Assembly: GCA_029781115.1 (NCBI GenBank) | Contig: JAKOXG010000010.1 | Location: forward strand, 4,582 to 68,581 | DNA length: 64,000 nucleotides | DNA from: Candidatus Cloacimonadota bacterium | GTDB lineage: Bacteria; Cloacimonadota; Cloacimonadia; Cloacimonadales; Cloacimonadaceae | Reading direction: 5' to 3' | Part shown: positions 19,985-28,828 of the stretch, piece after piece | Layout: every line of letters begins with the position of its first letter | Position numbering within the stretch: the stretch's first letter is position 1 | Notes under the pieces: generated by a model | What the model was told of the DNA's origin: nothing | The model's input: the letters and a program-made list of their open reading frames with translations, nothing else | The model's database searches: none | Made by a program: the position numbers and the translations under genes

Positions 19985-20080
19985 CACCTCTTCCTTACTT
20001 AGCCGCCCGGTGATTACCCGGAGCCTCCCGGGAAAAACCCGAGTATCACCGAGGGATCACCGGGAGGGTGAGTAAGGGAT
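19985..20080 (+). repeat. Intergenic structured repeat, family 1, copy 2
   Basis: Direct copy of 8195-8290. CCG[GA] starts fall at 20007, 20018, 20028, 20039, 20049 and 20060 (spacing 11, 10, 11, 10, 11). CCTTACTTA (19993-20001) can pair with TGAGTAAGG (20069-20077). Confidence 0.75.
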
Positions 20081-20168
20081 AAAGGGGGAATGAATATCTA
20101 AAAGCTCAAGCTCAAGGGAAGAAATTATGCGGATTGAAGCATCAGGGGGATGCTTTCGGATAACAAAA

Positions 20169-20244
20169 TGGAGCGGGCAACGGGGCTCGAACCCGCGACC
20201 CTCAGCTTGGGAAGCTGATGCTCTACCAACTGAGCTATGCCCGC
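20169..20244 (-). tRNA. tRNA-Gly (anticodon CCC), encoded CCA
   Basis: Acceptor GCGGGCA/TGCCCGC, anticodon stem TCAGC/GCTGA with loop TTCCCAA, T-loop GGGTTCGAGCCCC. 76 nt. Confidence 0.9.
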
Positions 20245-20300
20245 TCGCAATTGTGAACTAATCTATAGAATTGGTATGTTTTGTCAATCTTAAAATGCCA

Positions 20301-21638
20301 TCATTCCCATTCGATGGTGGCAGGAGGCTTGGAGCTGATGTCGAAAACAACTCTGTTTACTTGCCTTACTTCCTTGATGATGAGTGAAGATACGTGCTCC
20401 AAAAACTCATAGGGGAGGCGTGTGACGCTGGCACTCATCGCATCTTCACTATTTACGGCTCTGAGGGCGCAGACGCTTTCGTAGGTGCGCTTTCCATCTC
20501 TCACACCCGTGCTACGGAGTGGTAAAAGGACGGCAAAAGCCTGCCAGGTGCTGTGATATAGATCCCAAGCTCTGAGCTCACGGATAAAGATCTCATCCAC
20601 CAATTGCAGGGTGTGCACTCTTTGAGGGTTCACTTCGCCCAAGATGCGCACCGCCAAGCCGGGGCCGGGGAAAGGATGCCGGTCAATGAGCTCTGAGGGC
20701 AAACCGAGGCTCAGTCCCACGCGGCGAACTTCATCTTTGAAGAGGTTTCGGATGGGCTCCATCAGGGACAGTTTCATGGTTTCAGGCAGTCCGCCCACAT
20801 TGTGGTGGCTTTTTACTTGGGTGCTCTTACCATCTGCGCCGATGCTTTCGATCACGTCAGAGTAGATGGTGCCTTGGGCTAACCAGCGGGCATCTGGATA
20901 CTTGGCGGCTTCAGCTTCAAACACGTCTATAAAAGTGCCACCGATGATCTTGCGCTTCTTTTCCGGATCTTCAACGCCCTTTAGTTTGCTGTAAAAGAGC
21001 TCGGAGGCATCCACAAAGCGGATGTCCAGTTCCGGCATGCAGGCAAAATACTCTTTTACTCTCTTTGCCTCTTCATAGCGCATGCAGCCGTTATCCACAA
21101 AGATGGGGATCAGCTTGTCGCCAATGGCTTTATGCAGGAGTGCTGCCACCACGGATGAATCCACGCCTCCGCTTAAACCCAGGATGACGGTATCCGATTT
21201 TACCTGCTTTTGAACTTGATCAATAGACTCATGGATGAAGGCTTCTGGAGTCCAGGTGGGCTGGAGCTTGCATCTGTGGATGAAGTCCTGTATCAGGTCA
21301 AAATCAAGCTCATGCAGGCAGAAAAGAGTGGGTTCTTTACTTGCAGGAGCGAGCTCGCCTTCACTATAGTTTGGGGGTATATGAAGCTGCTTACAGATCG
21401 ATTCAGCCGTTTTGCCAATGGCCAAGATGGGAATACCCAAATCCCAGATGCTCAAATCCGGCAGGAGGTCTGAACGGCTGCCATCAGAAAGAATCAGGGC
21501 TTTGGGCTTACGTGAATCCACATCTTTCGCCGTATAAGGCAGCACTTCAGTGTAGAAGTGGTTCAAACGCAGGTTCTTGGCGATTTTCTGTGCATCAGGT
21601 GAGCCGAAATCCAATACCAAAACAGTGTCGTGTTTCAT
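20301..21638 (-). CDS. guaA: GMP synthase with complete ATP-pyrophosphatase/dimerisation part and a shortened, apparently inactive glutaminase domain
   Basis: PP-loop GLSGGVDSSV and C-terminal KPPATIEWE are typical GuaA. The N-terminal domain is about 60 aa shorter than the canonical class I GATase and has AIGKTAE where G-x-C-x-G-x-Q is expected. Confidence 0.85.
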   Translation of the reverse strand: MKHDTVLVLDFGSPDAQKIAKNLRLNHFYTEVLPYTAKDVDSRKPKALILSDGSRSDLLPDLSIWDLGIPILAIGKTAESICKQLHIPPNYSEGELAPASKEPTLFCLHELDFDLIQDFIHRCKLQPTWTPEAFIHESIDQVQKQVKSDTVILGLSGGVDSSVVAALLHKAIGDKLIPIFVDNGCMRYEEAKRVKEYFACMPELDIRFVDASELFYSKLKGVEDPEKKRKIIGGTFIDVFEAEAAKYPDARWLAQGTIYSDVIESIGADGKSTQVKSHHNVGGLPETMKLSLMEPIRNLFKDEVRRVGLSLGLPSELIDRHPFPGPGLAVRILGEVNPQRVHTLQLVDEIFIRELRAWDLYHSTWQAFAVLLPLRSTGVRDGKRTYESVCALRAVNSEDAMSASVTRLPYEFLEHVSSLIIKEVRQVNRVVFDISSKPPATIEWE

Positions 21639-21641
21639 CGT

Positions 21642-22268
21642 TTATCTCAAGAAGGGGTTGTTGGACTTTTCCAAGCCGATGGTGGTTTGAGGGCCGTGAC
21701 CGGGGAAAACAATCACGTCATCCGGCAGCACAAAAAGCTTTTCCCGGATTGATCTGATGAGCCCGGCATGACTGCCTCCGGGGAAGTCGGTGCGCCCGAT
21801 ACTGAGCTCGAAAAGAGTATCGCCACTGATCAGGTATTTCTCGATGTAGAGGCAGATACCTCCGGGTGTGTGGCCTGGGGTGTGGATCACCTTGAGCTCA
21901 TACTCGCCCAGCTTCAGGGTATAGCCATCTTCCAGGAGCACATCCGCTGCCTTGTTTTTCATAGTGCCGCCCATATACACGCTGAGGTTCTTATGGTTGT
22001 CTGTCAGCATGGCAGCATCATCTTTATGAATAGCCAGGGGTGCATTTAATCTTTCGGCAAAGAAGGCGTTGCCGCCTATGTGGTCGCCGTGTCCATGTGT
22101 GTTGATGATCATCTTAATCTTGAGTCCCAAGTCTTTGATCCTCTCTAAAAGCACCTCGGATGGGGCAGCAGGATCAACCACTATGCCCTCCAGAGAAACG
22201 TCGTCATAAAGCAGCCATGTGTTGGTGCCATAATCTCTTAGCAAAATGAAAGGTTCAATATGTAACAT
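21642..22268 (-). CDS. MBL-fold metallo-hydrolase (glyoxalase II-like)
   Basis: HGHGDH metal-binding motif and later HTPGHTPG. 208 aa. Confidence 0.8.
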   Translation of the reverse strand: MLHIEPFILLRDYGTNTWLLYDDVSLEGIVVDPAAPSEVLLERIKDLGLKIKMIINTHGHGDHIGGNAFFAERLNAPLAIHKDDAAMLTDNHKNLSVYMGGTMKNKAADVLLEDGYTLKLGEYELKVIHTPGHTPGGICLYIEKYLISGDTLFELSIGRTDFPGGSHAGLIRSIREKLFVLPDDVIVFPGHGPQTTIGLEKSNNPFLR

Positions 22269-22277
22269 CTTGTTTTC

Positions 22278-23273
22278 CTATTCGATTGATATTAGGTATT
22301 GCGCCAAGTCGTCCTTGGAACGCTTGTGTGCCATTATCTGTGATGATTCAATGCTGTCAATGCTATAAATCACATTGGCGGGATCCGGGGCTTTATTGCA
22401 GTAAGAAAGCAGGATGGAGGCGGCCAAGCGCAGTTCTTCCTCTGTGGCTTCTGGAGCAGTGAGCACGCCCAAAGGGCCGGGGACGTCCTGAATCTGCATG
22501 CGAGGTAAGTCTTTTGCCGCTTGATCCAAGCCATAGTTATCATCCTTATGCCTGCCCACGATCAGCTTCAAGGTGGGTGAGAGGCGGAAGTGACGTCCCC
22601 ACTTGAGCAATTCGATCTGGAAGGGATTGTATTGATTGTGGGCGATGAGGTCTCGCAGGCGCAGAGTAAAGCTGCGGTCGGTGAGTAAGCAGCCTCCGCC
22701 CGGGGAAGGGTATTCGGTGATGCCCAAGCTTTTGGCCAGCTCCATCTGCAGGGTGCGTCCGCGGCCTTGCAAATCCAGCATTTTCTCTTTATTAACCCAG
22801 CCTTCCAGGATAGGCTTGCTATCCGGCAGCAGCTTTTGGCTCAAGGGACGAACTATGAGGTCTTGCATCTCGCTGCCTTTGGAGACCTGCATCAGGGCTT
22901 GGAAGCGTTGAGACATCGGTCTTTGCCCCACCACTTCACCCGAAATGATGAAGGAAGCGCCCAGCTCGTCAAGCATCTGCCCAGCCAGCCGGAACATCAA
23001 GGCACGGCAGTCGATGCAGGGGTTATAGTTCTTTCCATAACCATATTTGGGGTGTTGCACTATCTCCAGATGCTCATTGGTGATATCCCGCACGATCAGG
23101 TCAATATCGTTTGCCTGAGCCATCTTGAGAGCTTTGTCCGGCATCAAATAGGGCGTGGAGAAAAATACGCTATGTACGATATAGCCAAGCTTTTGCATCC
23201 ATTTCACTGCCAGGATGCTGTCCAAGCCTCCTGAAAAGAGTGCGACTGCTGAGTGTTTCCTTGGTATTGTCAA
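22278..23273 (-). CDS. PP-loop ATPase of the ThiI/MnmA-like tRNA thiolation type (predicted)
   Basis: SGGLDS PP-loop, conserved Cys motifs NPCIDCR and GGGCLLTD. TTG start with a GAGGA RBS. Confidence 0.6.
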   Translation of the reverse strand: MTIPRKHSAVALFSGGLDSILAVKWMQKLGYIVHSVFFSTPYLMPDKALKMAQANDIDLIVRDITNEHLEIVQHPKYGYGKNYNPCIDCRALMFRLAGQMLDELGASFIISGEVVGQRPMSQRFQALMQVSKGSEMQDLIVRPLSQKLLPDSKPILEGWVNKEKMLDLQGRGRTLQMELAKSLGITEYPSPGGGCLLTDRSFTLRLRDLIAHNQYNPFQIELLKWGRHFRLSPTLKLIVGRHKDDNYGLDQAAKDLPRMQIQDVPGPLGVLTAPEATEEELRLAASILLSYCNKAPDPANVIYSIDSIESSQIMAHKRSKDDLAQYLISIE

Positions 23274-23303
23274 TTATGTTATCCTCGGGGTTGGTAGAAA
23301 GTT

Positions 23304-23336
23304 AAAAAAAGCAGGCTCGAGGCGAACCTGCTTTTT
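23304..23336 (-). terminator. Rho-independent terminator downstream of tRNA-Thr
   Basis: AGCAGG-N11-CCTGCT stem flanked by an A-run and a T-run. On the minus strand it is followed by TTTTTTT. Confidence 0.65.
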
Positions 23337-23379
23337 GAATGCGTTTAGACTCTAATTTGACGAGTATTGCCAAATCCAA

Positions 23380-23455
<76 letters not shown>

Positions 23456-23456
23456 T

Positions 23457-24134
23457 TCAATCTCTGATGATACGTAAGCTGAGCGGCTCTGCAGGATCAT
23501 CCGTAAAGTTCGCTGTATGCTCACGTTTATAGTCATGATCGCTATAGGGAACTAAGGAGCCCCCCAAGCTTAGTCTAAGACGAGGTGTGGTTATTAATTT
23601 GAAATTGATGTTTGTGCCTTGTGATAGATTCCTCGGATACCAAAAACAATCTGGATCTAGGAAGGTGAATTGTTGACCAATGGTGCTGGCCTTAAAAGGA
23701 GGCATATTGATGTAATAGTTGATGCGAACTTCTACCTGCTCCGGAAGTCCGGGATAGTCATCTATTTCCAGGATAAAGAAGCGTGCTGGGGAATCAGCAG
23801 CCAAGAGGCTTTCATCTTCAAGAGGTGGATTGAAGGTGAGTTCCGGCATATAGCTTAAACGTATATGTTTGCCATTGAGCCACACGCCTTGGATGCGAGC
23901 GGTTTTGGGCAGGAAGAAACCGTTATGTGCGAGATCGTCTATATCCGCTTTGTTTGCAATCGCCTCAAGCTGGAAATATAGACGCTGCAGTTCGGTCGAA
24001 AAGCGAAGCTCCATATTGAGCACGTTAGTGGGGAACTGCTTTGCCACGGCGGTGCGCGCCTCAACCAGTTCTTGTGCAAGCAGTGGTAAGCACATAATAA
24101 GCAGGCTTGTAAGTAAAATCAGTGTCTTTTTCAT
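23457..24134 (-). CDS. Secreted hypothetical protein
   Basis: Clear signal peptide (MKKTLILLTSLLIMCLPLLAQ) and GGAG RBS. No motif recognised. Confidence 0.6.
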   Translation of the reverse strand: MKKTLILLTSLLIMCLPLLAQELVEARTAVAKQFPTNVLNMELRFSTELQRLYFQLEAIANKADIDDLAHNGFFLPKTARIQGVWLNGKHIRLSYMPELTFNPPLEDESLLAADSPARFFILEIDDYPGLPEQVEVRINYYINMPPFKASTIGQQFTFLDPDCFWYPRNLSQGTNINFKLITTPRLRLSLGGSLVPYSDHDYKREHTANFTDDPAEPLSLRIIRD

Positions 24135-24275
24135 CCTTGACTCCTTATATTAGATGTTATGACCTCGTGTTGTCTCATCGTGTAAAATGGGCGATTTTAG
24201 TCAAGCTTTTTATTAAAGATGCTCTGATAAAGTGGCTTATATGTCGATTGGCAAGAAGTTACGAGGCGTCTTGAT

Positions 24276-25040
24276 TCAGACGATGTCTGTCACTATCTTG
24301 ATCATCAGCAGCGCAAGAACCACGATGAAGATGATCTTGATTAGCTTGTTGCCCTTTTTGAGCACTAAGGAAGAGCCCACCAGGTTGCCCGCAATTCCAC
24401 AAATAGCAGCAGGGATGGCAATGGCATAGAGCACCTTGCCTGCGATGATGAAGCCCGTCAGTGCTGCGGCATTGGAGGCCAGATTGACCAGCTTGGCATT
24501 GGCGTTGGCGGTCACGAAATCGTATTTGAGAGCCAGCGTATAGATGAGGATGAGAAAGGTGCCGGTTCCCGGGCCAAAGAACCCATCATAAAAGCCGATT
24601 GCCAGCCCGGCTAAGCCGCCCAGGAGCAGCCTCTTGCCCAGCTTGATCTGCATGGAACGGTTGACCGCTCCCGTCTTGGGTGTGGCAAGGATGACCACAG
24701 CAACGCTGGGAATCAAGATCAGCATGAGGATGTTGAAGAAGCCTGCTGAAACCGTGAGAGCGGTTTGAGTTCCCAACCATGAGCCAATCAATGCGATAGC
24801 AGCACTGCACAAGGCAACAGGGACATCCAGGAGTCCGGCCTTCAAAAAGCGAGCCGTGGTGAAGGTGGTGCCGCTGAGGGAGGCAAACTTGTTTGTTCCC
24901 AGAGCTGTGGCGGGCGGGATACCGATGATCCAGTAAGCCGGCAAAGAAATGAGGCCGCCACCTCCGGCGATGGAATCAATAACGCCAGCCAGGAATACCA
25001 ACGGCAAGACAATGAGATAATCGAGTGCAACAAGATGCAT
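24276..25040 (-). CDS. TauE/SafE (TSUP) family anion exporter membrane protein
   Basis: About 8 hydrophobic helices and two Gly-rich repeats (IAGGGGLISLP; GFFGPGTGTF). 254 aa. Confidence 0.75.
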   Translation of the reverse strand: MHLVALDYLIVLPLVFLAGVIDSIAGGGGLISLPAYWIIGIPPATALGTNKFASLSGTTFTTARFLKAGLLDVPVALCSAAIALIGSWLGTQTALTVSAGFFNILMLILIPSVAVVILATPKTGAVNRSMQIKLGKRLLLGGLAGLAIGFYDGFFGPGTGTFLILIYTLALKYDFVTANANAKLVNLASNAAALTGFIIAGKVLYAIAIPAAICGIAGNLVGSSLVLKKGNKLIKIIFIVVLALLMIKIVTDIV

Positions 25041-25041
25041 A

Positions 25042-28000
25042 TTATAGCTCTGCCCTAAACTCCAGTTTGAGTTGATGTTTGATCTTCTCTTTGGGGTAAT
25101 CGTTGAGGGAATAATCCAGGCTGACGCTGCTGAATTCGTTTATCCTGTAGTTCATATTCAGCTTAAATCCCAGGATAAAGCCGCCTCTTTTCTCTGGCAG
25201 AAAGCTCAAGAAGCCTTCCTGATCACGGACGTTGTATTGCAGTTTCAGCTCGCTGGAAAACCGGCCTTTCAAAGCCCAGCCACCCCTGTATCCCGGTTGG
25301 ATACCCACACCCCAGAGCCTGAATGCGTCCGTATCGGTGGTGGAGCTCCCATTTTCATCAAAAGCAAAGGCATCCAGCCTCAGGATGTTGTGCTTGCCAA
25401 AGTTGCGCATCACGAAGCCACTGATATTGTTGTTCTTGAGCTTGCTGCCGTAGCGATTGTCCTCTTCCTCTTTGTGTTGTAGCAGCATGCTGATATTATA
25501 GTTTCCCAGCCGATTCAAATCGATCTTAATACCTTTGCTGTCCCGGAAAGAATATGCTCTATCCTGATAGCGATTGTCTGTATTCTGCGTGGTTTCCCAG
25601 CTCAGTTGCGAGGTCATCTTGCCCGGTAGCAGCTCAATCCAGATATTCTGCTGGTAGTTTTGGTTGTGCTGAATAAGCTTGTCATCGTCTCGGTTGGGAT
25701 TGAGTAGAATCGGCAGACGCGGCAGGGCGGATTTGTCTCCCGTTCTCTGTAAAGTTCCCCAGATTGAGATGTCACTGTTGATGCGCTTCAATATGCTGTG
25801 TGGCAATATGTTGGCCGGCTTGATATAAAGTGAAGCCTGAAGGTTGTTTTCGCTGGATAATGATCCCTGTGATGAAGTCACGTAAGCCCAATCCCAGTCC
25901 CCATTGGGAGTGATCACCCCCGTGGAATCCACCGTGCCCAAGCCGTGTCCTATATACTGCAATTCCCGGATCCGAGGGTAAAACTCAGTTTGGTTGAGCT
26001 GGTAGTTGGCGATCAGCACCAAAGCCCGATTGAGAAAGCTGTTTGAAGAGCGGTGGTTCACCAGATCATAGCGGCTGCGTGTTGAATCGCTTCTGGCAAA
26101 GTATTCACGGTGGTTGTATTCCAGTTGCAGATTGTGGTTCAGAGTATTGATCTGTTGCTTGAAGACATAGGTTTGGGATTCGCTCTCTGCAGACTGCGCC
26201 GCCTGCGTGTGCTCAGTTTTATCCAGGATGAAGGAGAGGTGTGTCTTTGCCTTTTGCGCCTCGCCCAGCTCAAGGAATGGATTGAGCCTCAAGAAGCTAT
26301 CTTTGGTGTTGTTATCAGCAGATGTAAAACCCCGTTGGTTGGCAGAGCCTCCTATCTTGAACCACTTCAGCGCCCAGTTTGTTTCTGCGATATTGGACAT
26401 TGACGTTCCGGAAATATAGTCCTCGCTGTCGCTGCTGGAGCTGGTGATGGTGCTGTTGATCCTGGATGCAGGCAGGTATTTCAGAGCTTTGTTTTGCCAG
26501 CCTAAACGCCACACATACTGCCTGATTCCCTGCTCTGCCCGAATGTAATGCATAGAGATGCTGGGCTTGGCATAGGTGTCAAAATCCACATCCAGATTGA
26601 GCCCTATGTTTTCCATCGCCAAGCTGTCAGCCAGCAGCAAACTGCCTTGGTCATAATTTGCCACTTGGCTGCTATAATCGCTCAGGAGCACAGTCTTTGC
26701 CCAACGCTTCTCAGCTTCCAGGGATGCACTGGGCACTACCTTCTGATGCTTGGATTTAAAGCGCAGCCAGCTGTAGAGTATGCCACCCAGGTTGTCATCA
26801 TCATCACGATTTGAGAGGGTATTGGCGTCATGACCGGAAAAGACACCCTCCACTCCAAGGTCAAATTGCGCCTTTTGATATTGGGCTCTCAAGGCTACAT
26901 TGCCGGTGTTCTTTGGCGAAACCAGCTTCTTTTGCGGCATCCATTCACCCAAGCCTATGCCCACAAAGCGATACTTTCCGGGCGCAAACTGCTCATAATC
27001 ACCATTGCCCAGCCCCACATAGCTAAAGACAACCATATAGTCTGCCAAGCTGTCTGCCAGTGCATATTCGTAGTAGGAAAAGCCCGTATCATCCGTCACC
27101 AATCGATAAACTCCCTGCCCGGGTTCTACGAGGCTTGCTCCATCGCTCCAGGCATCGCTATCGCCGGCTAATTGCAGGGCTTGCCGGTCTTGAGGTGTAA
27201 AGTCAAACACCAAGGGATTGTCCTTGGAATCAAAGCTGCTGAAAAAGCGTTGCGTAAGGTGAAATCCCGGCAGCAGCTCCCGCTGGAAATTGAGCATGAT
27301 GCCGTGTTTGGGATAATGTTCTCCTGTGTATTTAAACCAGACCGAGACCTTATCCGACGAATAAACCATGCGGTTGAACATGATGGAGCCCTCTGCATAG
27401 TCGATGTAGTAGTCGCTGCCCCTTTCCTGCTTGATGCCGTTGATATATACCGTTTCGCTGCCAGCCACCACCAAAAGGCTGCCCAGCTCCCCATCCGGAT
27501 TCAAGTAATAAGGCCCCTGCTTCCCGTCTATAACATGGAGCTCACATTGGCTGTTCTCGCCACCTCCGGCCAGATAGGTTGCCTGCCCCCAGCTATCTCT
27601 GCCTACCTGCAAATCCACTCCCTCAAAACGGGTATAATAGTCCATGTAGCGCGTGCCTTCCTGCTTGATATCCAAGTCTCCCATAGCCAGAGACCAATGC
27701 GGTGCCTTGAGCTTGATAAACACCTGATCCAGGCTCGATAGTTCCTTGGAATCACCTTCCGGTGTGAGCTTTGATTCGCTGTCCGAAAGCTGTGCCATGA
27801 TGCTCACTCCCTCCGCAATCTCTCCACTCAATTTTACATGCAGTGATTGCAGCAGATCAAAACCCTCATCGCCAAAGCTCACGGCAAAGGTCTTGCTTCC
27901 ATTGATCAGCAGCTTGCCGTCACCCTGCCAGAGCTTGCTCTTTTGGGTGGGTTTGATGTTTTGGATAAGAGAATCCGAGAGAGCCTGAACTTGGTAGCTT

Positions 28001-28308
28001 TGTTTGGGCTTTGAGAGGGTGGGAGGGATGAGGATGTAGCTGACGCTTATCAGTGATGTTTGTGGCAAGTTTAAGAAGGTGATGATGCCCTTGCGATAGT
28101 CGATCTGATAATCTACCCCCTTGATCAATACCTGATCAGCGCTTTGGATGAGCTCGGATTGTGAGATGATGGGCGCCGCACCCAGTTTATATTCATAGGT
28201 GCCGGCAGCTAATTCGATGTTTTCTTCTTTGAGTAAAGAGCTGGCAAAGAGGGAGGATATGCCACAGCACAGCGTTAGAAGAAGCAGCAGGTTTTTGGTT
28301 TGCAACAC
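25042..28308 (-). CDS. Large (1088 aa) secreted, beta-rich outer-membrane-like protein of unknown function
   Basis: Signal peptide. The module xGSExVYxNGxxxxRGxDYxIDYxxGxIxF occurs twice near the N-terminus, followed by a long Tyr/Asn/Ser/Gly-rich region with alternating hydrophobicity. 1 nt from the next gene. Confidence 0.6.
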   Translation of the reverse strand: MLQTKNLLLLLTLCCGISSLFASSLLKEENIELAAGTYEYKLGAAPIISQSELIQSADQVLIKGVDYQIDYRKGIITFLNLPQTSLISVSYILIPPTLSKPKQSYQVQALSDSLIQNIKPTQKSKLWQGDGKLLINGSKTFAVSFGDEGFDLLQSLHVKLSGEIAEGVSIMAQLSDSESKLTPEGDSKELSSLDQVFIKLKAPHWSLAMGDLDIKQEGTRYMDYYTRFEGVDLQVGRDSWGQATYLAGGGENSQCELHVIDGKQGPYYLNPDGELGSLLVVAGSETVYINGIKQERGSDYYIDYAEGSIMFNRMVYSSDKVSVWFKYTGEHYPKHGIMLNFQRELLPGFHLTQRFFSSFDSKDNPLVFDFTPQDRQALQLAGDSDAWSDGASLVEPGQGVYRLVTDDTGFSYYEYALADSLADYMVVFSYVGLGNGDYEQFAPGKYRFVGIGLGEWMPQKKLVSPKNTGNVALRAQYQKAQFDLGVEGVFSGHDANTLSNRDDDDNLGGILYSWLRFKSKHQKVVPSASLEAEKRWAKTVLLSDYSSQVANYDQGSLLLADSLAMENIGLNLDVDFDTYAKPSISMHYIRAEQGIRQYVWRLGWQNKALKYLPASRINSTITSSSSDSEDYISGTSMSNIAETNWALKWFKIGGSANQRGFTSADNNTKDSFLRLNPFLELGEAQKAKTHLSFILDKTEHTQAAQSAESESQTYVFKQQINTLNHNLQLEYNHREYFARSDSTRSRYDLVNHRSSNSFLNRALVLIANYQLNQTEFYPRIRELQYIGHGLGTVDSTGVITPNGDWDWAYVTSSQGSLSSENNLQASLYIKPANILPHSILKRINSDISIWGTLQRTGDKSALPRLPILLNPNRDDDKLIQHNQNYQQNIWIELLPGKMTSQLSWETTQNTDNRYQDRAYSFRDSKGIKIDLNRLGNYNISMLLQHKEEEDNRYGSKLKNNNISGFVMRNFGKHNILRLDAFAFDENGSSTTDTDAFRLWGVGIQPGYRGGWALKGRFSSELKLQYNVRDQEGFLSFLPEKRGGFILGFKLNMNYRINEFSSVSLDYSLNDYPKEKIKHQLKLEFRAEL

Positions 28309-28315
28309 ACTGGCA

Positions 28316-28762
28316 TCACACCTTATGGATCACCCAACTCACCACGCCCCAGACCTGGAAATCCGCATCCTTGTGCACGCAGATCGGCTCAAATTCATCA
28401 CTTTCAGGGATCAACCAATACTGCTCATGCTCAATCCTAAGCCTTTTGACCGTGAGTTCTCCATCATAGATAGCCACCACGATTTTGCCCGAAACGGGCT
28501 CCAAAGAGCGATCCACCACCAAGATGTCATCAGGAAAGATACCTGCCTTGACCATGGAATACCCGTCCACTCTTACAAAGAAAGTGGATGCAGGATGTGT
28601 GATCAAATATTCGTTGAGGTCCAGGCTGCCTTCGACGTAATCAGCGGCAGGCGAGGGGAATCCGGCAGGGATCTTTGGCCCTACCAAAGGACGCTTCAGC
28701 TTGAGTTCGGTTTTGGGGTTGTAGATGGCTTTGATGCTGCCGTCGGTCTTAATATTTTCCAC
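28316..28762 (-). CDS. umuD: UmuD-like S24 self-cleaving peptidase (no DNA-binding domain)
   Basis: AGFPSPAADY, cleavage-region context, catalytic Ser in VDGYSM and Lys in LTVKRL. GTG start with no obvious RBS. No umuC/dinB-like gene adjacent. Confidence 0.75.
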   Translation of the reverse strand: MENIKTDGSIKAIYNPKTELKLKRPLVGPKIPAGFPSPAADYVEGSLDLNEYLITHPASTFFVRVDGYSMVKAGIFPDDILVVDRSLEPVSGKIVVAIYDGELTVKRLRIEHEQYWLIPESDEFEPICVHKDADFQVWGVVSWVIHKV

Positions 28763-28778
28763 TTTGCAAATCCCGGCT

Positions 28779-28817
28779 ATAAAAAAGATAAACCCCGAAC
28801 CGAAATCCGGGGTTTAT
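28779..28817 (-). terminator. Rho-independent terminator after the TPR lipoprotein gene
   Basis: Minus strand ATAAACCCCG-N9-CGGGGTTTAT followed by CTTTTTT. Confidence 0.8.
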
Positions 28818-28828
28818 CGATAGTTATG

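Noticed and set aside
19985-20080. The short-period CCGG repeats as a CRISPR array or iteron-type replication origin.
   Set aside because: The units are about 10-11 nt with no spacer/repeat alternation of CRISPR size. No cas, rep or dnaA-box context is present. I kept it as a repeat of unknown function instead.
28763-28828. A LexA/SOS box upstream of the umuD-like gene.
   Set aside because: No CTGT-N8-ACAG or GAAC-N4-GTTC type palindrome is present. The only dyad is the terminator hairpin of the upstream TPR gene.
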